A stretch of 64,000 nucleotides of DNA from an uncultured delta proteobacterium (GTDB lineage Bacteria > Myxococcota_A > Polyangia > Fen-1088). The stretch spans positions 224,001 through 288,000 of the forward strand of contig CAVYGB010000002.1 in the NCBI GenBank assembly GCA_963767925.1. The letters run 5' to 3'. Position 1 is the stretch's first letter, and each line of letters opens with the position of its first letter. The notes under the pieces are model-generated. The model did not search any database. It was not told where the DNA came from and worked only from the letters and a program-made list of their open reading frames with translations. The translations under genes were made by a program, and so were the position numbers. Below are positions 40,207 through 51,007 of this stretch, in pieces.

Positions 40207-41091
40207 TCAGCGCGCGCCGCCGGCGGGGACCTTTTCGATGCGGTAGCGGGCGCTGACACACGGCGCCTGCAGCGGCCCCACCGCCTCCGCGGGATCGGAG
40301 GCCACCCGGGCCCGATCGGTCGCCTGTTGCACGGCGCGGACCAGGGTGTCGACGGCGACCGGGGTCGGGCAGGAGAAGGCGACGATGACCTCGGTGCCCA
40401 GCGTGCCGTCGAGCTCGACGGCTCCGGGCAGCGGCCTGTGCCCGGGCGGCAGCGCCGTCGCGACGGCCCCGCCGGCCGGGTGGTAGACCGAGACACGGCC
40501 GGTTGTGTCGACGGCCAGCACGGCGACGTAGGCGCTGCTGTCGCCGGCCAGGCGCAAGCGGACGCGGTCGCCGGGGTGCAGGGCCTCGCCCAGGTGCAGC
40601 TTCCCCTCGCCCGCCGTCTCGGCGTGTTTGACGAACAGCTCGACGCCGAGACCGACGCCGACGCCGCCTTTGGATCGCAGGTCGTCCGCGGCGCCGCCGC
40701 GATCGCCGCGGGCCCACAGGAGCAGGCCACCCGCCGCCAGGGCCAGGCCCAGGACCGGCGCCAGCCAGCGCTGCAGCCGCGCCCCGACACCGCCCGGGCG
40801 CAGGCTCGCCGCGCGCGCGAGCGCGTCGCGGGCCAGCGCGGGCACGTCGGCCTGCTCGGTGAAGCGCTGCCGGTCCTCGGCGAGGGCGGCGAACGCGTCG
40901 CTGCACGCGCGGCAGGTGGCCAGGTGGGCCTGCGCCAGCGCGTGCTCTTCCTTGCCGGCTTGCTTGGCTTTTTGCTCGCGGGTTTCGGCCGGCCCCTCGC
41001 CGAGGAACAGCCGGTCCAGGACCAGGTCGGACAGGCAGGCTTCCGCGATCCGGCGCCGGCCCTTCTGCCACATCGAGACGCTATCGTTCAC
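40207..41091 (-). CDS. Putative anti-sigma factor: Zn-finger HxxxCxxC, TM helix, DUF4384-like domain
   Basis: CLSDLVLD, HLATCRAC, TM, LRSKG, LHPGDRVRL, ELDGTLGTE. Overlaps the sigma gene. Confidence 0.8.
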   Translation of the reverse strand: MNDSVSMWQKGRRRIAEACLSDLVLDRLFLGEGPAETREQKAKQAGKEEHALAQAHLATCRACSDAFAALAEDRQRFTEQADVPALARDALARAASLRPGGVGARLQRWLAPVLGLALAAGGLLLWARGDRGGAADDLRSKGGVGVGLGVELFVKHAETAGEGKLHLGEALHPGDRVRLRLAGDSSAYVAVLAVDTTGRVSVYHPAGGAVATALPPGHRPLPGAVELDGTLGTEVIVAFSCPTPVAVDTLVRAVQQATDRARVASDPAEAVGPLQAPCVSARYRIEKVPAGGAR

Positions 41092-41648
41092 GGGGTCTCT
41101 CCTCCAGGCTTTGGAACCCCAGCCCCCCTGGGAAGGGCAATCGCGTCGTCACCCATCGCCTTCAGGGCCTCGGCGCGGAAGCGGTCCAGTCGGTAACCGA
41201 TCGTGCGTCGCGACACGCCCAGCGCCCGCGCGATCTCGGACTGGTCCATCTCGTCCACGTAGTAATACACAGCGATCTCCGACAGCTCGGGCGCGACCTG
41301 GGCCAGCACGCGGCGCAGCGTCGCGCGCGCCTCCGGGGGCAGCCCGGGCGTGCGCACCACGCGGGGCGCCTCCTCGCCGAGGCGCGTGAGGTGCTCGCGC
41401 CGGCGCCGCCCGTCGCGCAGCCGATTCAGGCACAGGTTGGTGGTGATCCGGTACAGCCAGGTCGAGGGCTGGCTCTGGCGCCGGAACTCCTTCATCGCGC
41501 CGATGACCCGGACGAACACCTCCTGCAGGGCGTCCTGGGCCTCGACCTCGTCGCCCAGCAGGCTGCGCGCGCGCCGCCGGACCAGAGGACCGTAGGCGCG
41601 ATAGAGCGCTTCCAGCTCGCTCTGATCGATGGCGCGGCCACTTGCCAC
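41088..41648 (-). CDS. ECF-type RNA polymerase sigma-70 factor
   Basis: AQDALQEVF, STWLYRITTNLCLN (region 2), MDQSEIARALGVSRRT (region 4). Confidence 0.95.
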   Translation of the reverse strand: MASGRAIDQSELEALYRAYGPLVRRRARSLLGDEVEAQDALQEVFVRVIGAMKEFRRQSQPSTWLYRITTNLCLNRLRDGRRRREHLTRLGEEAPRVVRTPGLPPEARATLRRVLAQVAPELSEIAVYYYVDEMDQSEIARALGVSRRTIGYRLDRFRAEALKAMGDDAIALPRGAGVPKPGGETP

Positions 41649-41699
41649 GGCGTTCAGCTTATACCGGACGGCGCGAGGGCGCCCGGCCGGGCGGCGCCG

Positions 41700-42944
41700 T
41701 CACATGCCGGCGAGGCGAGGCAGCAGCGCCCGGATGTCCTGGGCGTGCTCGCCGTCGGGCGCCAGCTCGAGGTAGCGGGCGTAGGCCGCCCGCGCCTCGG
41801 CCGCGTGGCCGAGCTGCTGCTCGGCCCCGCCGAGGAGCACGAAGGCGCTGGCGTGTTTCGGATCGACGCCGATGGCCCGCCGGGCCCAGACCGCCGCCTC
41901 GACGTTGCGCCCGAGCTCGAGCACCGCCTGGGCCACCTCGGCCGCGAGGGCGGCCGCGGGCTGGGCCTCGAAGGCCGCCGTGCACCTGGCCTCGATGTCG
42001 CGGATGCGCCGGGAACGCAGGACGCTGGTGCAGGCCGCGACCCGGGACGACGACGCCGGGGCGGCGTTGTTCGACTCGCCCGCGGGCGGCGCGGGTGCCG
42101 GTGCGGCGGGTGGCGGAGGCGCGGCAGCGGGGGCGGCCGGGGCGGCGGCGGGCTCTTGCCCGGGCACCTCGACGGGCGCTTGCCCCGGCACCGCTTGCCC
42201 GGTTACCTCTTGGCCGGTCGCCTCTTGCCCGGGGACTTCTGGCCCCGCGACTTCGCCGATGGCGGCGCCTTCGGGGGTGAGGCCCTCGGGCGCGGCGCCT
42301 TCGGGCATTTCCTCGGTGCGCGCGCGGAGCTGATCGACCGTGACGACCTTGTCGAGCGCCCCGATCGGCGGGATCAGCTCGGTGGGCAGCGCCTCGGGCG
42401 AGGGAACCACCGCCGGCGCGCTCGTCGCGGCGGCGAAGGGCGGCGGCTCGGCCTCGGGCGCGCTGGCGCGGCGGTCGCTGACGAAGTTGCGCACACCGAG
42501 CGCGATCATCCCCAGCACCAGCAGACCACAGAAGCCGAGGGCGATTCGCCGCCGCTGGCCGGTGGGGCGAACGATGAACACCTCACGCTCGCCTTGCTGC
42601 TCGCTGGCCGCGCGCAGGTGATCGTCGGAGAGCCCGCGCGAGAAGAACCCGTGCTCGAGATCGTCGTCGATGCTCGCGCCGTCCTCGCTGGATCGGCCGA
42701 GCGAGAGGCTGCCGGAGGCGGCCGGATCGACCGCCTCGCTGACCACGCCCGATTCGTCGTTGCTGCCTTGGTTGCCGCTGCCTTGGTTGCCGTCACTGTT
42801 GCGGTCAGAGACGACGTCGTCGCTGGCTGGCGCGGCCGCCGATCCAGACGACTCCGTAGCGGAGACGTCCGACGAGGATCCGGACGCATCGTCGGACCCA
42901 CTGGAAGTTAGTTGTAGCGCCTTCAAACTCGAGTCCCGCGACAC
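41700..42944 (-). CDS. Membrane-anchored protein with C-terminal TPR motifs
   Basis: Acidic low-complexity N-terminus, one TM, Pro/Ala linker, AIGVDP...LG...ARAAYARYLELAP. Start uncertain. Confidence 0.7.
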   Translation of the reverse strand: MSRDSSLKALQLTSSGSDDASGSSSDVSATESSGSAAAPASDDVVSDRNSDGNQGSGNQGSNDESGVVSEAVDPAASGSLSLGRSSEDGASIDDDLEHGFFSRGLSDDHLRAASEQQGEREVFIVRPTGQRRRIALGFCGLLVLGMIALGVRNFVSDRRASAPEAEPPPFAAATSAPAVVPSPEALPTELIPPIGALDKVVTVDQLRARTEEMPEGAAPEGLTPEGAAIGEVAGPEVPGQEATGQEVTGQAVPGQAPVEVPGQEPAAAPAAPAAAPPPPAAPAPAPPAGESNNAAPASSSRVAACTSVLRSRRIRDIEARCTAAFEAQPAAALAAEVAQAVLELGRNVEAAVWARRAIGVDPKHASAFVLLGGAEQQLGHAAEARAAYARYLELAPDGEHAQDIRALLPRLAGM

Positions 42945-43201
42945 GGTAGATCCCGTAAGGGGGTTAGGCTGGCCATCGGAGCCTTGGACATCCGAGGCGG
43001 CTTATAGGGTAAACTTATAGAGTCAGATTTTCGAGGTTTTCGATCAAATTTCTTTAGGCCAAATCGTAGGCGCCCCGTGAGGCGTCCGCGCGAGTCTGCC
43101 CCGGTCCCTGCCCGCAACGGTGACGGAACGGGGACGATCGTCGCCAGTCTCTCCCGCCGACCCCAGGATTCCGACACTTTTGCTATGGTGGGCCTCTTGT
43201 C

Positions 43202-44401
43202 ATGAGTCGATCCGACGACCTCGTCGCGCTGGGAAACCGATTGCTCCTGTCGAACTACGGGCGCTCGCCGGTGGTCATGAGCCGCGGCAGCGGCTGTCAG
43301 CTCTGGGACGTCGAGGGCAGACGTTACCTCGACATGACAGCGGGCGTTGCCGTATGCGTGCTGGGACATGGCGACCCCGGCCTGGCGCAGGCGCTCTACA
43401 ACCAGGCCTCGACGCTGCACCACACGAGCAACCTCTACTTCATAGAGATGCAGATCAAGCTGGCCGAAGCGCTGGCGCGACGCGGGTTCCCCGGCCGCCT
43501 CTTCTTCTGCAACTCCGGCACGGAGGCCAACGAGGCCGCGCTCAAGCTCGCCCGCCGCTACCAGGTCGTCACCAGGGGGCAGCCCGAGCGCACCGAGCTG
43601 ATCGCCTTCGAGGGGAGCTTTCACGGCCGCACCATGGGCGCGCTCTCGGTCACCGGACAGGCGCGTCACCGCCAGGGCTTCGGACCGCTGGTGCCGGGCG
43701 TGCGCTTTCTGCCCTTCGGCGACGTCGAGGCGCTGCGGGCGGCGATCACCGACCAGACCTGCGCGGTGATCACCGAGCCGATCCAGGCCGAGGGCGGCAT
43801 CAACCTGCCCCCGCCCGGTTACCTGCAGGAAATGCGGCGCCTGTGCAGCGAGCGGGGCGCGGTCCTCATCTTCGACGAGATCCAGACCGGCGTCGGCCGC
43901 ACCGGGACCTTCTACGCCTACGAGAAGGAGGGCGCCGTGCCCGACATCCTCACCCTCGCCAAGGGCCTGGCGGCCGGCGTCCCGATGGGGGCCATGATGG
44001 CCAACGACGAGGTGGGGCGCGGCTTCGAGCCGGGCACCCACGCCTCGACCTTCGGCGGCAACCCGCTGGCCTCCGCCGCCGCCCTCTACGTGCAGACCGC
44101 TCTCGACGAGCGGCGCCTGCTGGCCAGCTGCCAGAACGCGGGCGCCCACCTCAGCTCGGCCCTGCTGCGGCTGTGTGAGCGGCGGCGGCCCCGGACCCGG
44201 GCCGTGCGCGGCCGCGGCCTCTTGCAGGGCCTGGTCGTCGACGGAGAGGCGGCGCCCATCGTGGCCAGGGCGCGCGAGCGGGGGTTGCTGCTGTCGCTGG
44301 CGAGCAGCCAGGTGGTGCGCTTCGCCCCCCCGCTCATCGTGGACAAGGCGCAGCTCGACGAGGCGGTCGAGCTGCTGGACGCGGTCCTGGGCGAGGTCTA
44401 G
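43202..44401 (+). CDS. argD: Acetylornithine aminotransferase
   Basis: NSGTEANEAA, SFHGRT, EPIQAEGG, DEIQTGVGRTG, AKGL, HASTFGGN. Adjacent to argF. Confidence 0.95.
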   Translation: MSRSDDLVALGNRLLLSNYGRSPVVMSRGSGCQLWDVEGRRYLDMTAGVAVCVLGHGDPGLAQALYNQASTLHHTSNLYFIEMQIKLAEALARRGFPGRLFFCNSGTEANEAALKLARRYQVVTRGQPERTELIAFEGSFHGRTMGALSVTGQARHRQGFGPLVPGVRFLPFGDVEALRAAITDQTCAVITEPIQAEGGINLPPPGYLQEMRRLCSERGAVLIFDEIQTGVGRTGTFYAYEKEGAVPDILTLAKGLAAGVPMGAMMANDEVGRGFEPGTHASTFGGNPLASAAALYVQTALDERRLLASCQNAGAHLSSALLRLCERRRPRTRAVRGRGLLQGLVVDGEAAPIVARARERGLLLSLASSQVVRFAPPLIVDKAQLDEAVELLDAVLGEV

Positions 44402-44405
44402 GCCG

Positions 44406-45371
44406 GTGGCGGGCAAGAGAGACTTTCTCAGCCTCCGGGACGTCTCGGAGCTGGAGGTGGCGGCGCTGGTCCGGCGAGCCGAGGAGCTGCGCTTTTTGCG
44501 CTCGATGCGGGAGGCCCACGCCAGCCGCCCCGGCCGCGTGCTGGGGATGATCTTCGACAAGGCCTCGACCCGGACGCGGGTCAGCTTCGAGGTGGGGATC
44601 TACGAGCTCGGGGGCTACGGGGTCGTGCTGGGCCGGGGCGACTCGCAGCACGGCCGGGGCGAGCCGCTCAAGGACACCGCCCGGGTCATGAGCGGCTATT
44701 GCCACGGGATCATGCTGCGCACCTTCGGCCAGGACCGGGTCGAGGAGCTGGCCCGCTACGCGAGCGTGCCGGTGATCAACGGCCTCACCGATCTGCTCCA
44801 CCCCTGCCAGATCCTCGCCGACCTGGAGACGGTGTACGCGGTCTTCTCCAGCCGCTCGGCCCGGGCCAGCACCGCCGGCGCGCCCGACGTGCTCGAGGTG
44901 CTGCGCCAGGTGCGCTACGCCTGGATCGGCGACGGCAACAACATGGCCAACTCCTGGATGGAGGCGGCGGCCCTGCTCGACCTCGATCTCACCGTCGCCT
45001 GTCCGACCGGCTTCGATCCCGACCCGGACATCTTGCAGCGGTCGCGCGCCGCCGGGCGCGGGCGCATCCAGGTGCTGCGCGATCCGCGCGAGGCGGTGGC
45101 GGGCCGGCAGGTGATCTCGACCGACGTGTTCGCCTCGATGGGGCAGGAGGCCGAGGCCGAGACGCGCCGGCGGGCCTTCGCCGGCTATTGCGTCGACGGC
45201 CCCTTGCTGGCGGCGGCCCACAAGGACGCCATCGTCCTGCACTGCCTGCCCGCCCACCGGGGCGAGGAGATCTCCGACGAGGTGATCGAGGGGCCGCAGA
45301 GCCAGGTCTGGCTCCAGGCCGAGAACCGCCTGCACGCGCAGAAGGCGCTGCTGGAGTGGATCCTGCATTAG
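44406..45371 (+). CDS. argF: Ornithine carbamoyltransferase
   Basis: KASTRTRVSF, HPCQILAD, GDGNN, SMG, HCLPAHRGEE, QAENR. Confidence 0.97.
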   Translation: MAGKRDFLSLRDVSELEVAALVRRAEELRFLRSMREAHASRPGRVLGMIFDKASTRTRVSFEVGIYELGGYGVVLGRGDSQHGRGEPLKDTARVMSGYCHGIMLRTFGQDRVEELARYASVPVINGLTDLLHPCQILADLETVYAVFSSRSARASTAGAPDVLEVLRQVRYAWIGDGNNMANSWMEAAALLDLDLTVACPTGFDPDPDILQRSRAAGRGRIQVLRDPREAVAGRQVISTDVFASMGQEAEAETRRRAFAGYCVDGPLLAAAHKDAIVLHCLPAHRGEEISDEVIEGPQSQVWLQAENRLHAQKALLEWILH

Positions 45372-45383
45372 CTCGGGTGACCG

Positions 45384-46331
45384 GTGGCTGATTCGATCGA
45401 AGGACTGGGGTCGATGAACGAGCGGCCGCTGCTCAACCGCGCGGCCAACCTGTCGCAGGCCCGCCTGACGCCGGTGGAGGCGTTCGTGCTCTCGCGGGTG
45501 GACGGCCAGACCAGCTACGACGAGATCTGCGAGATCACGGGGCTCGACCACGCGACCACCGTGCAGATCCTCCAGAAGCTCCGGCGCGACAAGCTGCTCC
45601 TGCACGCCGGGGAGAAGCCCGAGCCCCCGCCCGCCCCGCCGCCGCCACCCGCGCCGCCCCCGCGCGCGCCCGACACCATCTCCTCGTCCCGGTCCTCCCC
45701 GACCCCCCCGGCCTCGTCGATCCCGACGCCGCTGTGGACGGCGGTGCCCGAGGAGCTCATGTCCGCCCCGGCCTCGGGGTCGATCGCCACGCCCCGCTGG
45801 ACGGTGATCCCGCCCGCCGCCGCGCGGCCCACGCCGCCCTCGTCGCCCGCGGTGCCGGCTGCGCCCGATCCGCCGCCGCCGCCGGAGCCCGCCCCGCCCG
45901 CGCACAACACGCCGCCTTCGCCCAAGGCCAGCGCGGTGGTCAAGGCGATGGCCCGCTCCACCGTGCGGGGCTTCGACCGGGCCAAGTCGCGCGCCGGCGA
46001 GGGCGCGCCGACCAACACCACCTCGCTGCTCGAGGTGCACGACGACGGTTCGCCGGTGAACCCGGCCGACCTCGCCCTCGGTCCCGAGCTCGACGGGGAG
46101 CTCAAGGCCCGCATCTTGCGCCTACATCGGCGTCTCAAGGCGCTCAAGCCCCACGAGCTGCTCGCGGTGCCGCCAAACGCCGACGTGGCGGTGGTCAAGC
46201 GCGCCTACTTCGCCGCCTCCAAGGAGATCCATCCCGATCGTTTCTACGGGAAGGACATCGGCCCCTATCGGGGCTACCTCAGCGACATCTTCGCCCAGCT
46301 CACCCGCGCGTTCGATCAGCTCAAGAAGTGA
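45384..46331 (+). CDS. J-domain protein with N-terminal wHTH-like domain and Pro-rich linker
   Basis: EAFVLSRVDG N-domain. C-terminal KRAYF..SKEIHPDRFY (HPD motif). Confidence 0.85.
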   Translation: MADSIEGLGSMNERPLLNRAANLSQARLTPVEAFVLSRVDGQTSYDEICEITGLDHATTVQILQKLRRDKLLLHAGEKPEPPPAPPPPPAPPPRAPDTISSSRSSPTPPASSIPTPLWTAVPEELMSAPASGSIATPRWTVIPPAAARPTPPSSPAVPAAPDPPPPPEPAPPAHNTPPSPKASAVVKAMARSTVRGFDRAKSRAGEGAPTNTTSLLEVHDDGSPVNPADLALGPELDGELKARILRLHRRLKALKPHELLAVPPNADVAVVKRAYFAASKEIHPDRFYGKDIGPYRGYLSDIFAQLTRAFDQLKK

Positions 46332-46360
46332 GCGCGTGCGCGCGCGCCGTCGGCACACGC

Positions 46361-46411
46361 CTGCTGCAAACAGGCCTGCAAACACGGCCTGCAAACACGG
46401 CCTGCAAACAC
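46361..46411. repeat. 13-bp tandem repeat (GCCTGCAAACACG), 3-4 units
   Basis: Directly visible just after the J-protein gene. Confidence 0.8.
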
Positions 46412-46580
46412 GACAACGCCGGAGCGCACCCGTCAGGGGGGGCCAGGGTGAGCTTTGCTGGCTTGACGGCTCCCGGGCAAATGGGCACAAAATGAAGCGA
46501 GGCTCAGCGTGGCCTGGCCGCGCAAAGCCCCTTCATGGTGTGCGGACCTTACCGGAGCGACCGCACCCTTTCAGGAAGCG

Positions 46581-47021
46581 ATGGCGATGGGCACTCGAAA
46601 GACGATCTCTCGACAGCCTCGGGCCGCGACCGTGGTGGGCCCCGCGCGGGCCATCCTGCGCGGCGACCTCGACAAGATCGGCCTGCCGACCTTGCTCACC
46701 ATCGTGGAGATGGAGCGGAGGTCAGGCATCTTCGTGCTCTCGCGCGGCCGCCAGCTCGGCCGCCTGCACGTGCGCGATGGTCGCATCATCCGGGCCAACA
46801 TCGATGGCACGTGCCGGCTGAGTGGCGAGGAGGCCGTCTACCAGATGCTGACCTGGGAAGACGGACGGTTCGAGCTCTGGATGGCCGCCGTACAGGGACG
46901 CGACGAGATCGGCCAGTGCACGGCCTTCCTCTTGATGGAAGGCATGCGCCGGATCGACGAGGCGGCAGCCCAGCAGGGCCGCCGCGGGGTCCCGGCGAAC
47001 GACATCATCTTCGCCTTCTGA
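46581..47021 (+). CDS. DUF4388 (PatA N-terminal-like) domain protein
   Basis: LRGDL..IGLPTLL...EMERRSG, GEEAVYQMLTW.DGRF, LLMEGMRRIDE. Confidence 0.88.
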   Translation: MAMGTRKTISRQPRAATVVGPARAILRGDLDKIGLPTLLTIVEMERRSGIFVLSRGRQLGRLHVRDGRIIRANIDGTCRLSGEEAVYQMLTWEDGRFELWMAAVQGRDEIGQCTAFLLMEGMRRIDEAAAQQGRRGVPANDIIFAF

Positions 47022-47361
47022 TTCCTGGAGCGCGCGCGGCAGACGCTGGACAGGCGTGACGGCGCACAGGAAGGCGGGAGGCTCACTCGCTTCAGATCTC
47101 GACCACCCCAACCGTCCCACCTTCCCCGCTTCCCGATCTTCCAACCAGTCCACACTGTAGAGCTTCCCGCCCTCCTGTGCGCCGCCAGGCCTGTCCAGCG
47201 TCCCTGTCCAACGTCTGTCTGCCGTCCGCCGCTTTTGTCTGCTTCCTTCGTCGGCGGCACTGTATTTATTCGGCTGGAAAACCGATAAACTGGAGCATGT
47301 CCGGATTGCTCCAACTCGCCTCGAGACAACCCGCAGGGGGCCTCCGGGTCACGCGCGCGGC

Positions 47362-49206
<1,845 letters not shown>

Positions 49207-49326
49207 GCGCCGGGCCCGGGCGTGGTCCTTTGACCCGACGCGGGTTGCCCCGGGCGGGCGCTGCGGTGTCGCAAGGCGCGACATGTGGCGGAACAAAGCG
49301 CGGGGGTGCCCGTGGTAAAGGGGGAC

Positions 49327-50988
49327 ATGATCCCCGGGCGGTTGACGATCCTCTCGCTGGCCCTGGTGGCGCTGGTCAGCCCGGTCCGGGCGGCGCCGGC
49401 GGCCCGCACGGGCGCTGACCGCCCCTACCGCGATCACCGCCTGGTCACGGCTCAGCCCCGCAGCGACGCCGACGTGGAGGCGATCTGGCGGCTGGCGGAG
49501 AACGTGCTGGAGCCGCACGATCCCGCCCGCGCCCCCCACCGGATCGTCGTCACCCCGGCGACGGTGCGGCGGCTGCGCGCCCTGCGCATCCCCCTGCGAG
49601 TCGAGCCCGACGACGTCGCCGGCTGGATCGCGGCCCAGGAGCGAGCCGCCCGGCGGCCGCCCGGCACGGCGGCCGACGTGGGGCTGGGGATCTTCGGCGA
49701 CTTCTTCGGCGAGGTGCAGGAGCTGGCGGCCATCGAGGCGGAGCTCGACCGGCTCGCCGCCGCCTCGAGCGGGCGAGCCCGGGTGGTGGTGCTGGGCAAG
49801 TCGTTCGAGGGGCGCGACATCAAGGCGATGCGCATCTCCAGCGCGCCCGAGCCGTCGGGGCGGGCGAGCATCGTCGTGGTGGGGACCCAGCACGCGCGCG
49901 AGTGGGCCTCGCCGATGGTGACCATGGGGCTGATCGACGCCCTGGTCCGCCGCTACGGCGTCGACCCCCTGGTCACGCGGGTCGTCGACAACCTCGAGGT
50001 GTACATCAACCCGGTCAACAACCCCGACGGCTACCTGGCGACCTTCAACGGGCGGCGCCTGCAGCGCAAGAACCTCAACAGCACCTGCAACGTCGACCTC
50101 AACCGCAACTACGCGACCGCCTGGGGCGCCGGCACCGCGGGGGCGGGCTGCAACTCCGGCATCTACCCGGGGCAAGGGGCCTTCTCCGAGCCGGAGAGCC
50201 AGGCCATCGGGAACCTGATCGCCACGCTGGCCCACCCCGCCCTGTTCTACGACTACCACTCGACGGCGGCCCAGGTGATGATCCCCCACGCCTACACCAC
50301 GGCGATGCCGCCCGGGTACGCGAAGAACCGGGCCCTGTGCGAGCTGTATTCCAGCGCGCTCCGGGCGGTGCACGGCACCAGCTATCCGGCCCGACCGGGG
50401 TTCAACCTCGGGCGCGGGCAAGGCGGCGGGGCCTTCGACTGGTTCCGGGCGACGCGGGCCGACGCCATCGTCGTCGAGCTGGGCGGCGGCGCCGGCTTCA
50501 GCATCGCCGACGATCAGATCATCCCCTTCGCCGAGGAGAACCTGGCGGCCTGGCTGGCGGTGGCCCAGAAGGTCGTCGACGAGCACCCCGCCGACCGCGC
50601 GCCTCCCGCGACCGACGCCGGGGCCCCCGCGCCCGACGCCGCCGCTCCGGTGATCGACGCCGCTCCGCCCGCGCCCGACGCCGCGGCCCCGGACATGATG
50701 GCGGCGGCGCTCCCCGGCGCAGTCCCACCTTCTGGCCCGGCGCCCACCGGTCCCCCGCCGGCTGGGCCCGCCCCCACGGCACCCCCTGCACCGGGCCTGC
50801 CCCCTCCCCTGCCCCCGGCCGGCAGACCCGGCCACGGCCTGGCCGCGCCCGACGACCCCACCGCCGAGGAGATCGTGGCCGGCTGCCAGTGCGCGCTCGA
50901 GGGCGCCCCGCGCCGCCTGCCCACCCCGCTCGCCACCGCCGCCGCCCTGCTGCTGGCCCTCGCCCTGCGCCGCCGCCGCCGGTCCTAG
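49327..50988 (+). CDS. M14 zinc carboxypeptidase with MYXO-CTERM-like tail
   Basis: HARE, NPDG, DLNRNY, FSEPE, DYHS. C-terminal GCQC...hydrophobic...RRRRR. Confidence 0.93.
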   Translation: MIPGRLTILSLALVALVSPVRAAPAARTGADRPYRDHRLVTAQPRSDADVEAIWRLAENVLEPHDPARAPHRIVVTPATVRRLRALRIPLRVEPDDVAGWIAAQERAARRPPGTAADVGLGIFGDFFGEVQELAAIEAELDRLAAASSGRARVVVLGKSFEGRDIKAMRISSAPEPSGRASIVVVGTQHAREWASPMVTMGLIDALVRRYGVDPLVTRVVDNLEVYINPVNNPDGYLATFNGRRLQRKNLNSTCNVDLNRNYATAWGAGTAGAGCNSGIYPGQGAFSEPESQAIGNLIATLAHPALFYDYHSTAAQVMIPHAYTTAMPPGYAKNRALCELYSSALRAVHGTSYPARPGFNLGRGQGGGAFDWFRATRADAIVVELGGGAGFSIADDQIIPFAEENLAAWLAVAQKVVDEHPADRAPPATDAGAPAPDAAAPVIDAAPPAPDAAAPDMMAAALPGAVPPSGPAPTGPPPAGPAPTAPPAPGLPPPLPPAGRPGHGLAAPDDPTAEEIVAGCQCALEGAPRRLPTPLATAAALLLALALRRRRRS

Positions 50989-51007
50989 AGCCGGACCGGC
51001 GCGCGCG

